Part shown: positions 50,961-64,000 of the stretch, in pieces
Position numbering within the stretch: position 1 is the first letter of the stretch
Layout of the letters: each line of letters begins with the position of its first letter
Assembly (NCBI RefSeq): GCF_001194135.2
Contig: NC_068991.1
Span: 42,862,708-42,926,707, forward strand
Length of the DNA stretch: 64,000 nt
Origin: Octopus bimaculoides
Taxonomy: Eukaryota
Reading direction: 5' to 3'
Program-made: the position numbers and the translations under genes
Notes under the pieces: model-generated
Database searches by the model: none
What the model was told of the DNA's origin: nothing
The model's input: the letters and a program-made list of their open reading frames with translations, nothing else

Positions 50961-52723
50961 ATTCTAATTTCCTACTGCCATAATGGAGGTAAACAAATTA
51001 TAAAGGAAATGCGATCCAGTGAAATTTTATTTATTCATCTTTTAAAATATGATGGCTAAATAGTTGTAATGATTGTTTTAACACAAATTGGTTGATAGGT
51101 CTGCAGTACAGCAGCTTTAGATTTTTGTTAATCTTGTTTTCCCATTTGTGAATCCCAACATTTTCCTGTAACTTCTGACCACCCCAATCCTATGTGTTGC
51201 TGGACTACTTTTGTCATGATACTTTTACATTTAAGATGTAGTATCATCTATTCTCCATATCAGATACTCATACTTGTGTATTCATTATTTTCGCAAACAT
51301 TATCAATTGCTTTTAATGCCCACTTGCTTTCACAACTTACTTGTGTTCAATTATACTTGTAAGTTAATAGACTATACTTGAGTCATCTATTTACAATAGC
51401 TGACAGTCTGCTGCATTTACTACCCATGTTTGACCATCATATAATATCACACTTCAAGGAAACTGATATGGATAACAGAAGCAAATGAATTTCTTCATGA
51501 TTCAATATAAGTTTTGATTATTATAATAACACAACAGCCTTAACACTATATGCTATCAAATTATGAAAAATAATAAACTAATAAATGTATACACATGTAG
51601 TGAAGAAAAGACATTAGCTCTATTTCTAATATTTGAATTATTTTCACAAGTCCAGTGAAGGTACTGTGCATTACTTAGATGATCTAATAAGACCAAATAT
51701 ACCTCAACTTGTCTCTCATACTTGTTGAAATGTTTAAAATAGCATTAGTCATTGGGCTAATGTTACTGTTTTTTTTTTGGTTATTATTTCACTGCTTAAA
51801 TGTTTTTAATTATGTTTTGATGCTCACTACATGAAATATGTTAATACTAACTTAAATATTGTTTTTTGTGTGGATAACATTTCTGAGTTGTCAACTCATG
51901 TAATTTATTTTTCAAAATGGTTATAAAGTTAAATGTTTAAATGTCTACCAGTTTGAAATTATATATAATCAGTTAACATATATTCTGTAGAAATTTACCT
52001 ATGAAGTTGTTTTGAAATAACGTCTTCAAGGAAGCCAAAGAACAGAGCTATTAAATGCACTTAATATTACAAATATTTAGAATTTCCAGTTGAATTCTTT
52101 GAAATCATATAGTTCCTATCTTGGAGATAAGCAGCTAAACAAAAAACTGTACTTTCCTTTGTATATGATGCTAAATGCATCATTGAGTAATTAAGTCGAA
52201 GTTTGATAATATGGTGGTTCTATTAAAATCCATTAAATTTGTCAGAAATATTTACTTGAAAAATATATTTCTCTATATAAGCAATTAAGATAAAACAATC
52301 TTTAAAGTATTTTTCTAATATTATGGAAGTGTAATAATCTTTATTGAAGGGGGTTAATTTCTGTGTTTCTTATCTGATACCAAAAAAATTAACAGCATGA
52401 AATAAAATAAGTATTTTTGATGAAATATATGATTATGATTTTAGAGTATAATATTCAAATCACCCAGCTTATGATTTCAATACTTGTACTTTAGCTAGAA
52501 ATGATTTACATAAAAAGAGAAAATTTGGAAAATCTTTAACCAGCAAAATATTTTAGCAATTAGAGGAAAATGACAATGTCTAATAGATTTTGAGATATAA
52601 TCAAACAACATATGAAGTACAGAATTTTGCTTACATTGTTGAAATTTATTCCAACATTCTTTACCATAGTAAGTTAGGGTTAGATGGAAGGTTGAATGAG
52701 TTAAGTGATCATCATAATCATTT

Positions 52724-53585
52724 AACATCCGTTTTCCATGCTGGCATGGGTTGGATGGTCTGACAAGAGCTGGCAAGCTGGAGAGCTGCAACAGGTTCCA
52801 GTTGTCTGTTTTGGCATGGTTTCTATTTACACTTTATATGTACTTTACAAAGTGCATTGTGTGCTTTTTATGTGTCCCCATTACATATTTTTATTACAAG
52901 ACCAGCACAGATGGGGTTGCTAATTAGCTTGCAAGACAGAGACTTCTCAGCTGAGAGAGGAAGTGGAACCAAGGGGATCTTGCGTGCCAGGATAGAGGTT
53001 GGAGTATGATAGTGTCAGTGACAGCCAGAGTGAGAGAGAGAGAAATAGATGGTGCTGGGAATGTATTGGGGCCTACCCACAGAGAACAGTGGGTGGGGGA
53101 GTATAAGTAGTACAAAGCTGATCAAGGTAGGGAGATGTTCCATAAGAGTGTGAGGGAAGATGTTTAGAGATGGGTAAGATACAACTGTAGCAAGTGATGG
53201 TGAGAGAAACTGGAGTGGCTTGGAGTGAGGTATGATAGATATGTGAGTGCATTGAGTGTGTAGATAGGTATGTAAGAGAGAGTGGTAAGACCTGCAGCAT
53301 GTGGTGGGAGTGTTGGGAAGATAGGCTCTGTTGGGTGGGACATACTTGTATGTATGGATGGTCATGGTTTTATTTAGCTTGACTTGTCTTCTCAAGTACA
53401 GCAAATTGCCAGGAACCTTGGTCCCTTGTCATTTCTGAGGCTCAACATCAGAAGATTGTTTCTCACTACTTCATTCCACAACTTCCTGGATCTATCCTTT
53501 CCACAGGTTCCTTCCACAATTAGCATGCAACCCTTATTTATGCAGCTGGCTTCATCCATATGCATCCGGATAAAGGATATTTTCA
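52724..53585 (-). mobile_element. Old RTE family-1 copy (RT end, purine-rich antisense UTR tract, tail)
   Basis: The tail reads TTTAACATCCGTTTTCCATGCTGGCATGGG on plus; minus frame CINKGCMLIVEGTCGKDRSRKLWNEVVR. Confidence 0.72.
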
Positions 53586-54488
53586 CAACATTTTGATAGA
53601 GAACTGAAGAAGAGCAAATATCATAATTGATAACTTATTTCAGATGTATTTATTTAAAGTAAAAGGAAACTTATGCTTTAACGATGTAGCAATAAATTTA
53701 TCTCAAGTTTTCAAAGGGGCTTTATTTTTTTTCTACCAATGAAATATTCTGATTGTTTTCTCTGAATTTTATTTTACTGCTAGGTAAAGCCAATATTAAG
53801 TATTTACTGGCAATTGATTAACTCTCTCTTCCTCATATATTCACATTTATTCTTGACTTCTGGATGCTGACTTTACATAAACAACTTTATATTGGTTTTA
53901 GAGAATTATTATTAAACATAGTATATGTTATTCAAAAATATTGCAATATTGTTTTGTCAGTAATAATTTCATATAGAAATTATAAGACAAAAAGATAACC
54001 CAAAGGAAATGTTAAAGGTATCTAGTTAACACAGAACTATATATATTGCATTTTATACTATTACTTTTAAAACATTTCTTTACTAGATACCTTCAGTGAT
54101 GGAGTAGACCGAATGAATTTATCATGGAGCCTTGTATTTTTATATTATAATCTTTTAGATTCCATTAAGTATCAGTTAATTTCAGAGTATCTTTTTGTAC
54201 AGGTATATCCTTGCTGGTATTAAAAAAAAAGAAGCATAAGGATGACACTTATAAAGAATATAGGCAGGTGGATTGAGAAACTAGAAATGAAGGTAGAAGT
54301 TAATAGAAAGAGGAAAATAGCAAACCTAAGTGACAAAGTGTAACAGTTTGATAAGTATATGAAATAGCAACAGGGTTGAAGAGACTGTTAAATGTAGTGA
54401 TGGTGACTAAAAGAAGGAAAGTATCTATTTATGATGGAAACTGCCTAAGAGAACATGGGATATGTGTAGCATTCTTGCCATAGCTTAA

Positions 54489-54706
54489 CCCTTTAGTGTT
54501 CAGATTACTGTTAAATATAATACTTTTTCACTCAAATTGTTTTGAATTAATCATACATTATCTTATAGCTTTGAGGTTTCAATAATGTGATTGTTTATTT
54601 TTAGAATGTCAATGTAGGTTAGGTGTGAGAGGCTAGATATTGACAGTTTGAATATAAAGTATGTAGAATATCTGGGCCAGATATGGCCGGTTTAAACATT
54701 AAAGGG
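54489..54706. mobile_element. piggyBac-type MITE, 218 bp
   Basis: TTAA|CCCTTTAGTGTT ... AACATTAAAGGG|TTAA: TIRs with one mismatch and a perfect TTAA TSD. Confidence 0.88.
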
Positions 54707-55965
54707 TTAAATGGTCAACATGGTTACTATATCACCTTTTTATCATTTTTTTTTTGTTTCCTTTATTTCTCCATGTTCTGTTAGGTTACACTGCATCCCA
54801 CATATTATTTGAACCTTTCTCTTTTAAAATACTAATAAAATATGGTATTTTTTCTTTCCATTTACATCAGTCATTCATCTCTTTGGTCTTTTCTTTCCAG
54901 TAAATAGTACTTGTTTAGAGATTTTAATTTTTCTTTCTTATTGGGATTCGACATTTTAATTTCTTTATTTTTGTTTTCTAATAAGAGGCAATTTTAGAGT
55001 ACTAAACCCTATGTATCTAGAATCTATAAATTACACTTCACAACATTGATATTTTGCAATTTCTGTTGAAGCAGGTCCTGCTAAAGGCAGTGATGTGAAA
55101 AGCTAATGCACTAGAACAGAGTGTGTTAGTGTAATCGAGGTTGTTGGTTTCATCTGTAGTATTTTTTCTCTACAATGCAATAAAGATTAGGAATTGATTA
55201 AAAATGTATTTCACTTGATCTTTGGCTTGCTGTAGCAAGACACAAGTTAGGTGTTCCCTTTTAGCTGTTAAGTGTATAGTGAAATATCTATCTTACTTCA
55301 TAAGATGCAATCTGGGTTAATTCCATAGAGAAGCCTCATTTGAAAGTAAGTAGGCTGAGGATTGTAAATAAAAATTAATGATGTCAAGTATTTTCAAACT
55401 ACGCAATCATGATGATCGTAAAAAGCAGCAGCAGTTCCAACATCGTAGCAGCAACATCTCCCTCATATTCAGTATCACTATCAACCCTGATCATCACCAC
55501 TACTATAACCAATTTTATTATCACCATCTAAAATGTAATCCCCCTACCTTCCCCTTCTACAGTAACAGAATACATTTTCTTCTGCACTCACTATATTGAA
55601 TGTTTAAATTTTGGTAACAGGTTCTACTATGAAATTAGTTCCACTTACTCAATACATACTTTCAAATTGTTTTACTTTTTTTTTTTTTAACATTATTGGT
55701 CTTACAATTATATACTGAATATGTTCAACATAACATGAGATAGGTAGAGAAACAGATGCATTTAAAATACTTATCTGTTAAATACTTAGATGCCAAAGTC
55801 AGGAGTTGAAAGCTAATCATATATATTCTGTGCATTATCAAAGTGCAGGAATTTATTTAAATCACCCTGCCTATCACACTGCAATTCTCATTCCTAATTT
55901 GCAGCTGAAAGACCAGTGGCAGGGAGAGCATAGAATTGTAAAAATACTTTCTCAAGTTGCATATA

Positions 55966-56364
55966 TTCTTTTATTCTGTTATTTGTTTCAATTATTTTGA
56001 CTGTGCCATGCTGGAGCTCCACCTTTAGTCGAAGAAATTGACCCCAGGTTTTATTCTTTGTAAGCCTAGTACTTATTCTATTGGTCTCTTTTGCCAAACT
56101 ACTAAGTTCCATGAATGTCAACACACCAACATTGGCTGTCAAGCGAAGGTGGGGAGACACACAGACACATAAATACACACACACACGTATATATATATAT
56201 ATGATGGATTTCTTTCAGTTTCCATCTACCAAATCCACTCACAAGGCTTTGGTCAGTTTGAGGCTATAGTAAAAGACACTTGTCCAAGGTGCCACACAGT
56301 GAGAATGAACCTGGAACCATGTGGTTGGGAAGCAAGCTTCTTACCACACAGCCACTCCTGCGTC
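55966..56364 (-). mobile_element. CORE-type tRNA-derived SINE
   Basis: Same family as 37864-38252 (GACGCAGGAGTGGCTGTGTGGTAAG head, CORE box, tail). Confidence 0.87.
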
Positions 56365-56410
<46 letters not shown>

Positions 56411-56935
56411 TTCACAAAATTTGTCCTACTCTTTATTATATTGAAAAATAAATGCAAACCATACAGTAGGGGTAAAAAATAAAAGGGCTTTTAAGTTTTA
56501 GACATTTTTTAATCATTTTAATTGATATATTCTTTTTTATTTTCCAGACATTTTAATTCCATTTGGAGTTATTCAATATCTACTGGTTATTTCTTATAAC
56601 TGAAGTTGTAACTTAAATCTAGTTTCAAATAATTTAAACTGAAATTGCCAAAATCTACATTTTCAATTAGAGAACATTTTTGCAAGACTTTGTTCTGATA
56701 CTGGGTGATCTTATATGAGCTTTGCAAAGAGGTAATAGGTACTATAGCCAATGATAGTTATCTAAGTTAAGGTTTGTTGAAAGTTCAAAGATGCATCTTA
56801 AGCAACAAAGTCAGGCAAGAGATAAACTTTTGGTCATGTTAAAGAATTGACACTACTTAGCTCTATGCTCATATCAAATACCTGACTGATGAAATTGATA
56901 TCTCAAACATAAAGCATCACTTAAAATTAATAAAA

Positions 56936-57292
56936 CTCTTGTGGTACTCCGTCGGTTACAATGGCAAGGGTTCCAGTTGATCCAATCAATAGAACAGCCT
57001 GCTTGTGAAATTAACATGCAAGTGGCTGAGCATTCCACAGATACATGCATGACACAGAGTGTGACAAGGCTGGCCCTTTGAAATACAGGAACAACAGAAA
57101 TAGGAAGAAAGAGTGAGAGAAAATTGTGGTGAAAGGATACAGCAGGGTTCGCCACCCCCCACCCCCTGCCGGAGCCTCGTGCAGATTTTGTGTTTTCACT
57201 CAATAAACACTTAGAACACCCAGTATGGGAATCGAAACTCCGATCTTATGACCGCAAGTCCGCTGCCCTAACCACTGGGCCATTGCGCCTCC
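56936..57292 (-). mobile_element. tRNA-derived SINE type 3
   Basis: Minus strand: GGAGGCGCAATGGCCCAGTGGTTAG (A box) ... GTTTCGATTCCC (B box) followed by a ~290-bp body. Not a complete cloverleaf. Confidence 0.8.
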
Positions 57293-58664
57293 ACTAATAA
57301 AACTCTATCCCACAGGTGAATGCTCTGTTGGTGATTACCACAATTTGCATATATTGAAGAATGTGACTCGAGAAAGGCCAAGGACTTCTGATACCTGTTC
57401 TGTTGTTTGCTGCAGTGACAATACAGAGTAATCACTCAACAAGCATGCAAGTAAGAGTAGACCAATGTCAACCCAGCTACTGAATAGAAAAATCAATTCT
57501 GTCACCTTGATATCCTTGTTTGACAAGGATCTGAATAGTAATGGAATGATTCAATCTTTGCAGCATCAGTGAATTCTTTAACGCCTTTGTTACTTCTTGT
57601 CCAGGTACCTTATGGGTATATTTTGGTCAAGAAATGATATCATTAGTGTTTTGAATATTGTAATTGAATGTAAGATCTTTTTACAACAGTATGAAAATAC
57701 TGTTTTAATTGATTTTACATTAATTTATTCATTGATGTGATTCTGAATACACAGTTTCCCACCAAATATACGTCTACATTCAACATCATAGTTAGCATGA
57801 ACTTCTCCATATCTCTGAAGTTTATGTATTCCTGTCATTATAGAATGGATTCAGTTATCTGAAGTATCACTGCATACCATTCATGTTAGTCACTGATTCT
57901 GTTAATTTTTGCAAGCTATTTTATATTATTTGTTTTGTTTTTTATTGTGCTTATACAAGATAGCAATTAAATGAGACTGTTTTAATTTAATATATAGTTA
58001 TACTTAATCCACAGTTATTTGGTTGGCACCATTTGAAATATAAACTTAGATTTATTATTTCAATGTTATATACACATATCAAAGTTTTCGACCAGCATAT
58101 ATAACTGTTAAATTTTTTAATAAAGCTCTAGTATTTTCTGCTGAGATTACATATTCATAGCTATTAGCTTCAGACAAATTATGACACTCATTTGTCTAAC
58201 ACTTGAATTTACCAGTATGATCTAGAAGTAGAACAATATGTTGAATACCCATTAGACTGCATATTCTAAAGTCCAGTACATATGCCTTTTTTTTTTATTC
58301 TGATATTTTATCTTCATGGGCAATTGAGTTAATTGATGTGTACCAAATCTTTGGGTATGGATTTTGAGAGAATGTCTATAGAAGCAGAATATTTATTCAT
58401 GAATCAACTTCTGCCAAAGTAGAAGGAAGGTGTGGATAATGAAAATAGTTCATAGATTTGTTGAAAAACAGAAGTTTTATCTCTGTTATGGATGTAACAA
58501 ATATTTCTGTAAACTAGCCTCTAATTAATGCACCAATATTTCTGAACATGAATTTCAACATTTATGAACATGAAAACACTCCTTTTGTATATCAAAGCAC
58601 TTGAAAACTCTACAAATTGGTGTGTTTATGAAGTTAAAAACTAATAATAATCTTTACTTTGGCC

Positions 58665-58860
58665 CAAGACCAGCAATTTTGACGGGTGTGGAAGTCAATT
58701 ACATTGACTTCAGTTCTCAACGGGTACAGATTTTATTGACCCTGAGAGGATGAAAGGTAAAGTCGACCTTGGCAACATTTGAACTTGGAACATAAAGCCA
58801 GAAGAAATGCCACTAAGCATTTTGCCCAGCACACTAATGATTCTGCCAGCTTGCTGCTTT
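58665..58860 (-). mobile_element. SINE type 1
   Basis: GGATGAAAGGTAAAGTCGACCTTGGC...TTTGAACT on plus, the reverse of the family core. Confidence 0.78.
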
Positions 58861-59438
58861 AATAATAACAATAATCAAACTGAGATTGTTATTTTTACAT
58901 ATGGATATCTGTTTTATTGGTTAGTAGTGGGAAAGACAACCAACTGAGAAAGCAGTTGCTTAGACATTTTGTAAGTTTCAAGAAATTCAGCCATTTGCAT
59001 TACTCTGACAGATGTAGGTGTCAAACAGAATAAAGTGGAATCTCTAATATACTTGAAAGGAATGCATTAACCTGAAGTCCATGGATTCTTCAAATGATTT
59101 CTTATGAGTTGTAGACTAGTTTTACTATAATCAGGCGGATCTTAAGTTAGGGTTAGATTGGAAGGTGTTTCAAGAACACTTTGTATGAATGAAAGGTTTA
59201 CTATCTTTATGAAGCTTAGACTATGGCATGGCAGAAGTCTAATGATATGTTGTATAGCTGTCAAGCATGGTCATGAATATGAGTGCTTAAATGTAACTTA
59301 GAAAAGATGTTAGAAAGTGAATTTAAGACATTCAACACAAGAGATTTATCACGTGTGCAAAAGAGAGGACTACATTGGTTAATGTAGTGCAAATGGGTGT
59401 GCAAGCTAAGTGAAAAAGTACTGGGAGTTAATGATTAA

Positions 59439-60037
59439 CCCTGTCATGCCATTTTCCCACTATAGCAGCAATAGCTTGAACATCATCTCTGCCGTATTCC
59501 TGGTAAAGCAGTAGTGAACAATACATTAAAAGAAGATAAAATACTAAAATTAGACAACTGATCACATTTGCAGCCTTGTAGTCAAGCGTATTTATTTATA
59601 ACTCATTGTTGATGGTGTCCTCCATAACTGTACAAAAAATAAAAATAGAATAAAATATTGTTTTTGGTGATGAAGAAGAGTGTGATGAATCCAGCACTTC
59701 ATTTTGTAAATGAGCAAGGCCTTAACTTCTTGCAGTTAAGGAAATTATTGATGATATTTATTCTTCAGACAAAGAGTTTACACTTATACTGGTTGGCAGT
59801 GTGAAGGATTTGGATAATCAAACTGGTGAAAGTCATAACAAAAGTAGGAATTTGGGTGAACAAATACAATAGTTGAGAGATAGGCCTATTATTGTTATTC
59901 TCCTGAATTTTTTTATAATTCTGTCTATTAGTTTGCCTGCAATGGTTACTCTTGGGCTGTATATGCAACTATTTATATTTTGCTCATGAGCTCAGGCGGA
60001 AGGTAAAGTTAGATGCAGGGGCCCAAGTCTGAGAGAG
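59439..60037 (+). mobile_element. Possible piggyBac relic
   Basis: TTAA|CCCTG start, a weak right end ...GAGAG|TTAA, and an internal acidic broken frame (FGDEEECDESS..., VKEIIDDIYSSDKEF) like piggyBac N-termini. Confidence 0.3.
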
Positions 60038-60424
60038 TTAATAGGATGTGTGGAAGAAGTACACCATGGCTGACTGAAAGTAGAAATATGGTAGTTTGAG
60101 CAGACCTTTATCAGAATTGATGCACAGCTATGCAGATTTGTTGTCCTGTCCAACTCTTATTGATATAGAAAATATAAACTAAGGATTCTTACTATTTTTT
60201 GTTTGTTTGTATTTACAATGTAAATATTTAGCTTAGTCATTATCAATGCTTTATTGGGTTGGATGTACCTGCAGTTCAGCAACTTCATTTGTTGCTGTCT
60301 TATGTTTCTTAGCCTACAACTATATTCAGCGATCTGATCTAACTAGTTCATCTCAGGTCTTTATTTCAACTCTGGATACCCTCCATTTCTAACTTACACA
60401 CCAACATGCAGCAACATTTTATAT

Positions 60425-60640
60425 TGATTTCAAATTTTGGCACAAGGCCAGCAATTTGGAGAGGGAGATCACATCGATCCTTTCCCATCCACCCTCTAGT
60501 ATTTAACTGATACTTACTTTACCCCAAAAGGTTGAAAGGCAAAGTGAACCATGGCAGAATTTGAACTCAGATTGTAAAGACATGAACTGCCACTAAGCAT
60601 TTTACCTGTCACAGTTACAGTTCTGCCAGCTCATCACCTT
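60425..60640 (-). mobile_element. SINE type 1
   Basis: GGTTGAAAGGCAAAGTGAACC..GGCAGAATTTGAACTCAG on plus. Confidence 0.72.
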
Positions 60641-61754
60641 AGCAATGATTTATGGTACATTCACCAATGATTTTAATGCCCATTCTTTTCTGACACGCAC
60701 CTTCAGTCTTGAACTTTAGATGTGGCTTCAAGAACTCGAAAGAAAAGAAAAAAAGCAATAGGAATATAATGTTAGTAAACACTTAGCTGTGCATTAATTT
60801 CCTGTCTGAGTTCATTACTGATTAGGACTACTTTTAACTGCCATGCATGATTCACAAATTTCATGCCTTCTCCTTACTTTCCTTATACTTACCATTCTAA
60901 ATGGTCATGTGAAGTTAAGATGTTTCTTTTTTTGGAGAGTAGTATTTTTTGTAGTTGTCTCATTAGAATGTAGCATTCTGTTAGACACTTTATTACTTTG
61001 TATATTTGAAAATTTCTGATGTACTTTTGTGTGTATTAGAATCTTTTAGTTTTGTGTTTTAGAATAAATGATTGTTGAGGAATGATGAGGTGGTGTTGTC
61101 AGAAGATCATTTTTGAGCACTTTCTTAATAAAATATCACATGTTTGCTAAAAAGTTATTTGTATTCTATTTTCTGCAAGTTGGCATTTAAGATTAAATGG
61201 TATTTAACTGCAATTGTTGAATTATTCATTGATATACTGCAATATTAACAAAGTTAATATTTTGGTTTACACATTGATCAAAACCTCCCCATTGTGGCCT
61301 TTGGTCTTGGAACTTGCATATATCTCATTCCTCTATACTGGAGCTAATAACAGCTCCCTTGTGTGGGTGAGTCTTAACCTTCCCTCATTATTACCTCAGT
61401 AATCTGAGTAGAGAAAGCTTGCTTGATTTATTATAAAATATGACAGTTGAGGTATGGCTAACTGTTTAGCCTGTGTATTTTCTGATAACCTCACAAAGAC
61501 CTGTCAAATATGTACCTGATTACCTCTTACTGCTTTGAATATTAAAAACAATCTAATCACTTGTTTTCTTGGTTACTGCAACAATAACAAAGGATTCTTC
61601 ATTGAGTTATTTTTCATTTCATTATTAAATTTCATTGCCAATTTATTTTCATCACTCTCTTTCTAGTATAATTTTTCAGATATCTTTTATGAGTTCTAAG
61701 CTGTATTTTTTTTTTTTTTTTAGTTATTAATCTGTAAAGAAAATTAAGTATATA

Positions 61755-62617
61755 CTAGCAGAGATACCTGGCGTTGCCCATGTCACATGGAATTGAGGAA
61801 TTAGACTTTTCTTTTATATTTTCTCTAATGAACTTCATAGGAAAAAGGTTCTTCTTTTTATCTGGTGGGATTGCAAAGGAGTAATTCACTTTGAATTTTT
61901 ACCACCTAATGCAACAATCAATGATCAAGTCTACTGTCAGCAATTAGAGCGTTTGAACCAAGCTTTGAAGAAAAAAAGACCCGCTTTAGTGAATCGAAAA
62001 GAAGTGATGTTTCATCGGGACAATGTGCAACCCCACACTGCAAAGATCACATAACAGAAGATCAAAGAGTTTGGTTGCGGAAAAATTCGTCATCCGCCTT
62101 ATTCTCATGACCTTGCTCCTTCAGACTACCATTTGTTTCATAGTTTACTGAATCATTTGGGGAACACAACTTTCACAAGCCAAGAGGAGGTCAAGACTGA
62201 CATTTCAGAGTTCTTCGCTTTGAAACCAAAAGAGTTTTACATTGATGGGATTAAAAAGCTTGTAAATAGATTGAAAGTACATTGATGATTAAATTTCAAT
62301 TAAATATAACATTTGATCACTTGTTTTCTATATTCAAAATTCAGACAGAACTTATGGGATGACCTAATATCTGACATTACAATAGAGAAGTGTTATTGTT
62401 TCACTTTTGACACGTAATACTGAAATAGTGGAAGGCATAGGGGATTGCTCTGGGCTCACATTAGGCAAGAAGTTTTAAAATTTTTAGGCCTATGACACTA
62501 CATGGACCCTAAGTAAGGCATGTGTAAAATTTGAATGAAATCTGTTGTGTAGTTTGCAAGTTTTAGGGATTCACACAAACAGAAAGACACACACATTCTC
62601 ATCTTTATATATATAGA
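61755..62617 (-). mobile_element. Non-autonomous Helitron (863 bp)
   Basis: Minus strand A|TCTATATATATAAAGATGAGAATGTGTGTGTCTTTCTG ... TGGGCAACGCCAGG (decayed subterminal hairpin) TATCTCTG CTAG|T: 5' TC, 3' CTAG, AT insertion site, no TSD. Confidence 0.75.
61830..62369 (+). pseudogene. Mariner (DD34D) transposase C-terminal half with right TIR, nested in the Helitron
   Basis: ELHRKKVLLFIWWDCKG...HRDNVQPHTAKIT*...HPPYSHDLAPSDYHLF, with 34 residues between the second and third D. Ends CAGAACTTATGGGATGACCTAA|TA. Confidence 0.9.
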
Positions 62618-62734
62618 TGATTATGCAAGAGGGAATGCATATAAGGGTTAATTTTGCTTATTTTATATATTCAACCCCCTACCCCTGCATTTATACAAAG
62701 ACCTATTATGGCATTGAGATAAAGGACCACTTAC

Positions 62735-62794
62735 CTTCTTGCTTCTCCTTTTTTCAGCCTTGACATATATTCCAATTACGATTTGGAAATCATT
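62735..62794 (-). other. Candidate 60-nt exon of an unidentified minus-strand gene
   Basis: Acceptor TGTGTTTTTGTTGACAG| and donor AAG|GTAAGT. Phase 0 reads NDFQIVIGIYVKAEKRRSKK; an internal ATG would give MSRLKKGEAR. Confidence 0.35.
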
Positions 62795-64000
62795 CTGTCA
62801 ACAAAAACACATCACATACGGAAAATCAGTTATTTTAAACATTTCAGATTAAAGTATTTTACTGAATTTGTTTTCTTTTTTATTTGTTAATTACTTTTTT
62901 AATATTTGTAAAAATATTTTGATTCTTAGTTGTACTTAAGATAACAAAATAGTTTTGTGTTGTTAAATATCAACATTTCATCAGAAACTATGTTTTTAAT
63001 TCTTCAAATACTTTCTGAATATTGTATGAAATATAATACATGCTTGAACAGCCAGAATTTTATGATCAAATAGCCTTGTAGAGGAGTATTAAATTTGAGT
63101 TAATTGTTGCTATTATGTATGTATTAAGACTTCATTTAAATGACATTGTAAACTATTTTTAAAGAAAATAAATTATAAAAAAAAGGCATAACTGTATAGT
63201 TAAGTTTACTTTCAAACCATATAGTTTCAAGTTTGGTTTTCTAGAGCTTTAGGCCAACAATATCCTGTGAGTGTGATATTGGCAGGTAGAAACTGTGTGG
63301 AAGCCTGTTGTGTGTTCATAAATGCATGAAGTTGCTATTTCCAGCTCAAGCTAGATAAATGATCTTTACATTACCAGTGAACATTATATCCTGTCTCTGC
63401 AGTTTCAAAGTTAAGTGGAATACAGAAAATCCTTTACTTGAAAAAAAACTACGGGCTGACGATAGGAAGAGTGTCCAGCTGAAAATATATCCTTAAATAT
63501 GTATCGCTTCATCCTGTGGCAGCATAGAAAAATTGTTGTAAAATACAAGAACAAATGAAATTAGTAATAAGACAATACACAATTTAAATTTTCACCTGAG
63601 GTTACTGAACTGTCATTCATGTTAGGAGAAACTTGATATAAATTTCAAGTGACCTCTTTACTGTGAGAAAATGTGTTTTGGATATCTAATATATACACAT
63701 ACAGAACACATACATCTTTGTAGGTATGTGTTTAAAGGAGTAAATAGTCTTATAGAAATATATTGCCCATAAATCTTCAATACTTTTCAAATGTTTCTCT
63801 TCAAAAAGAAGGAATTTATTTTAAGCCTGTGTTGAATAGTTATGTAGCAAGATTTCAACTCAGTCACTAAAAGTTCAATTGCAAAATAGCTCTAATATTT
63901 TTAGTTAAGTAACATTATGAGATATTAAGAATAATGTGCATTGTTTGAGTTTGAATTATCTTAAGTTAATGATGGAAAACTGTAAAGTTTCTTTCATTTT

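Noticed and set aside
57215-57292. tRNA-like sequence (also heads at ~38180-38252 and ~56290-56364)
   Set aside because: A/B boxes are present, but there is no complete acceptor stem and each continues into a repeated SINE body, so these are SINE heads and not tRNA genes.

Overview
AT-rich, repeat-dense animal genomic DNA with six N gaps. It is most consistent with an Octopus (cephalopod) assembly, an inference from the SINE/RTE families and the (TA)n/(CA)n density. Only one host gene is recognisable: the first coding exon of SRP9 (minus strand, 12085-12156). It sits head-to-head with a probable plus-strand promoter (~12480) inside a ~6.5 kb CpG-retaining domain. The rest is intron-like or intergenic sequence filled with transposable elements: several RTE-clade LINE families, CORE-type and other tRNA-derived SINEs, a full-length but dead Tc1-type element with DD36(E) spacing, mariner, hAT and piggyBac relics or MITEs, and a non-autonomous Helitron carrying half a mariner. 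I cannot demonstrate a new biological system. The best leads are an RTE LINE/SINE family apparently inserted into (TA)n arrays with a conserved 3' stem-loop, the Helitron-mariner composite, the DD36E element, microhomology-bounded in-frame deletions in the LINE copies, degenerate Penelope-type hammerheads, an unexplained 234-codon open frame, and the unidentified gene(s) next to SRP9. All coordinates and counts were read by hand; boundaries of old repeats are approximate.
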